A stretch of 64,000 bases of DNA from Felis catus (taxonomy: Eukaryota): NCBI RefSeq assembly GCF_018350175.1, contig NC_058383.1, positions 29,700,001 through 29,764,000 on the forward strand, given 5' to 3'. The notes beneath the pieces were generated by a model. The model was not told the origin of the DNA, made no database searches, and worked only from the letters and a program-made list of their open reading frames with translations. Of this stretch, positions 62,620-64,000 are shown in pieces. Position 1 is the stretch's first letter. Each line of letters opens with the position of its first letter. The position numbers were made by a program, and so were the translations under genes.

Positions 62620-62792
62620 GCGGGGAAGTGGTAGCTAGCCGCAGTGGATTCGCATCCCAGCTCTGCCATTTGTGAGCTCTGTGACCCTGGATCATTTACT
62701 GAACCCCTTCCACCTCTGATTCCGTATGTGTAAATACATAAGCTCCTACGCCCTAGGCTTATTGGAATGATTAAGTTAGAAGTACACAGAAC

Positions 62793-62994
62793 AGGGGTGC
62801 CTGGGTGGCCCAGTTGGTTAAACATCTGACTTTGGCTCAGATCACGATCTCGCGGTTCATGAGTTCGAGCCCTGCATTGGGATCTGTGCTGTCAACGCAG
62901 AGCCTGCTTTGGATCCTCTGTCTCCCTGTCTCTCTGCCCCTCCCCTGCTCACATGCTCTCTCTCTCAAAAATAAATAAGCATTAAAAAAAAAAA
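62793..62994 (+). mobile_element. Can-SINE
   Basis: Typical body; TSD AAGTACACA. Confidence 0.94.
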
Positions 62995-63044
62995 GTACAC
63001 ATGATAACACACCCTTTCTATCCTAGTGCTTGCACATATATGCA

Positions 63045-63957
63045 GAGAAGCCATTACAACCTTCCAGTAATGGAGGGCAAAGCAAAGAGCTTCTAGTAGC
63101 AAAGTGGGAACACTTTGAGCCACAAAGTAAATTAGTATTGGACTGTCACCCAGAGTATAAAATAATTATCCACGAGTCCACACTACAGTAAATTAGTGAT
63201 TGAACAAGTAAATACATGGGGAATAGAGACAAATGTCCTGTACGGAAGAATTCCAAATAGTTTATGTAGAGACTCTATCCTTAAGGAGGGAGGAGCACCG
63301 CTGCCCACTCCTTAAGTGTGGGTTGCACACAGAGAGTTCCTTGCAGGGAGGACAGTATAAAAGGCAGACAGTTAGTGTGCAGTGGAGAAATTTGACAAAG
63401 ACCACCTCAGTCAGATGATCAAGGTTAAGATCAACAGTGATACATCATGTAGATACCATTTGCCCTTGATATGAGGTGATGAAAATGGTGTTTATCTCTG
63501 TGGTCTTCCTCCCCCAATATCTAAAACCCCAACCTAATCGTGAGAAAAACACCAGACAATTCCCTAGAGAGGGGAATCCTACAAAATACGTGACCATTAC
63601 TCCTCAAAACTGTCGAGGTCATCAAAAACAAAGAATGTCTGAGAAATTGTCATAGCCAAGAGGAGTCTAAGGAGACATTGACTAAGTGTGACATGGTACC
63701 CTGGATGGGAAAGTGGGACAAAAAAACAAAAAACAAAACCCAAAGTAGGTGAAAATTAAGGAAATCTGAAAAAACTGTGGACTTTGGTTGTTAGTAATGT
63801 ATCCATATTAGTTGGTTAACTGTAATAAATTACCAAACTAATCTAAGATGCTAGTAATAGGGGGGCACTTGGTTCAGGGTGTATGGGGATTCTTTGTGTC
63901 GTCTTCTTGAATTTTCCATCAGTCTAAACATTTTCTGAAGAATAAAGTATTTTTAAA
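63045..63957 (+). mobile_element. Old L1 3' UTR (L1MC/L1MD-like)
   Basis: 'cagatgatcaaggttaagatcaacagtgat', 'ctcctcaaaactgtcgaggtcatcaaaaacaa'; ends 'aataaagtatttttaaa'. Confidence 0.8.
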
Positions 63958-64000
63958 GTTATTATCATCATTATTATTTGTTCTCTGGAGTTCTATCTCC

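Overview
Mammalian, repeat-rich, apparently non-coding DNA from a feliform carnivore, most likely a felid. The host call rests on about 25 tRNA-derived Can-SINEs, including young SINEC_Fc-type copies. I recognise no host protein-coding exon or RNA gene, so the window reads as intronic or intergenic; the supplied ORFs are broken LINE-1 frames or spurious. Main content: the 3' 2.7 kb of a dead L1 at the window start; a full-length (~6.85 kb) dead L1 at 33326-40176 inserted into a Can-SINE with a target-site duplication (TSD); older L1M, L2 and MIR fragments; MaLR/ERVL/ERV1 solo LTRs; hAT and Tigger MITEs; micro- and minisatellites; and a short retrocopy of an unidentified mRNA 3' UTR. The strongest unexplained signal is between the two same-orientation L1s 37.4 kb apart. 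They are ~99% identical over a sharply bounded tract that includes a shared frameshift and a shared stop codon, but ~11% divergent just beyond it, suggesting ectopic gene conversion or an assembly chimera. Second, old repeats right of ~46-48 kb carry many more CpGs than related repeats on the left, suggesting GC-biased gene conversion or germline hypomethylation. I found no convincing novel protein-coding system. Family names come from recalled consensus features, not a database search, and boundaries of old repeats are approximate.
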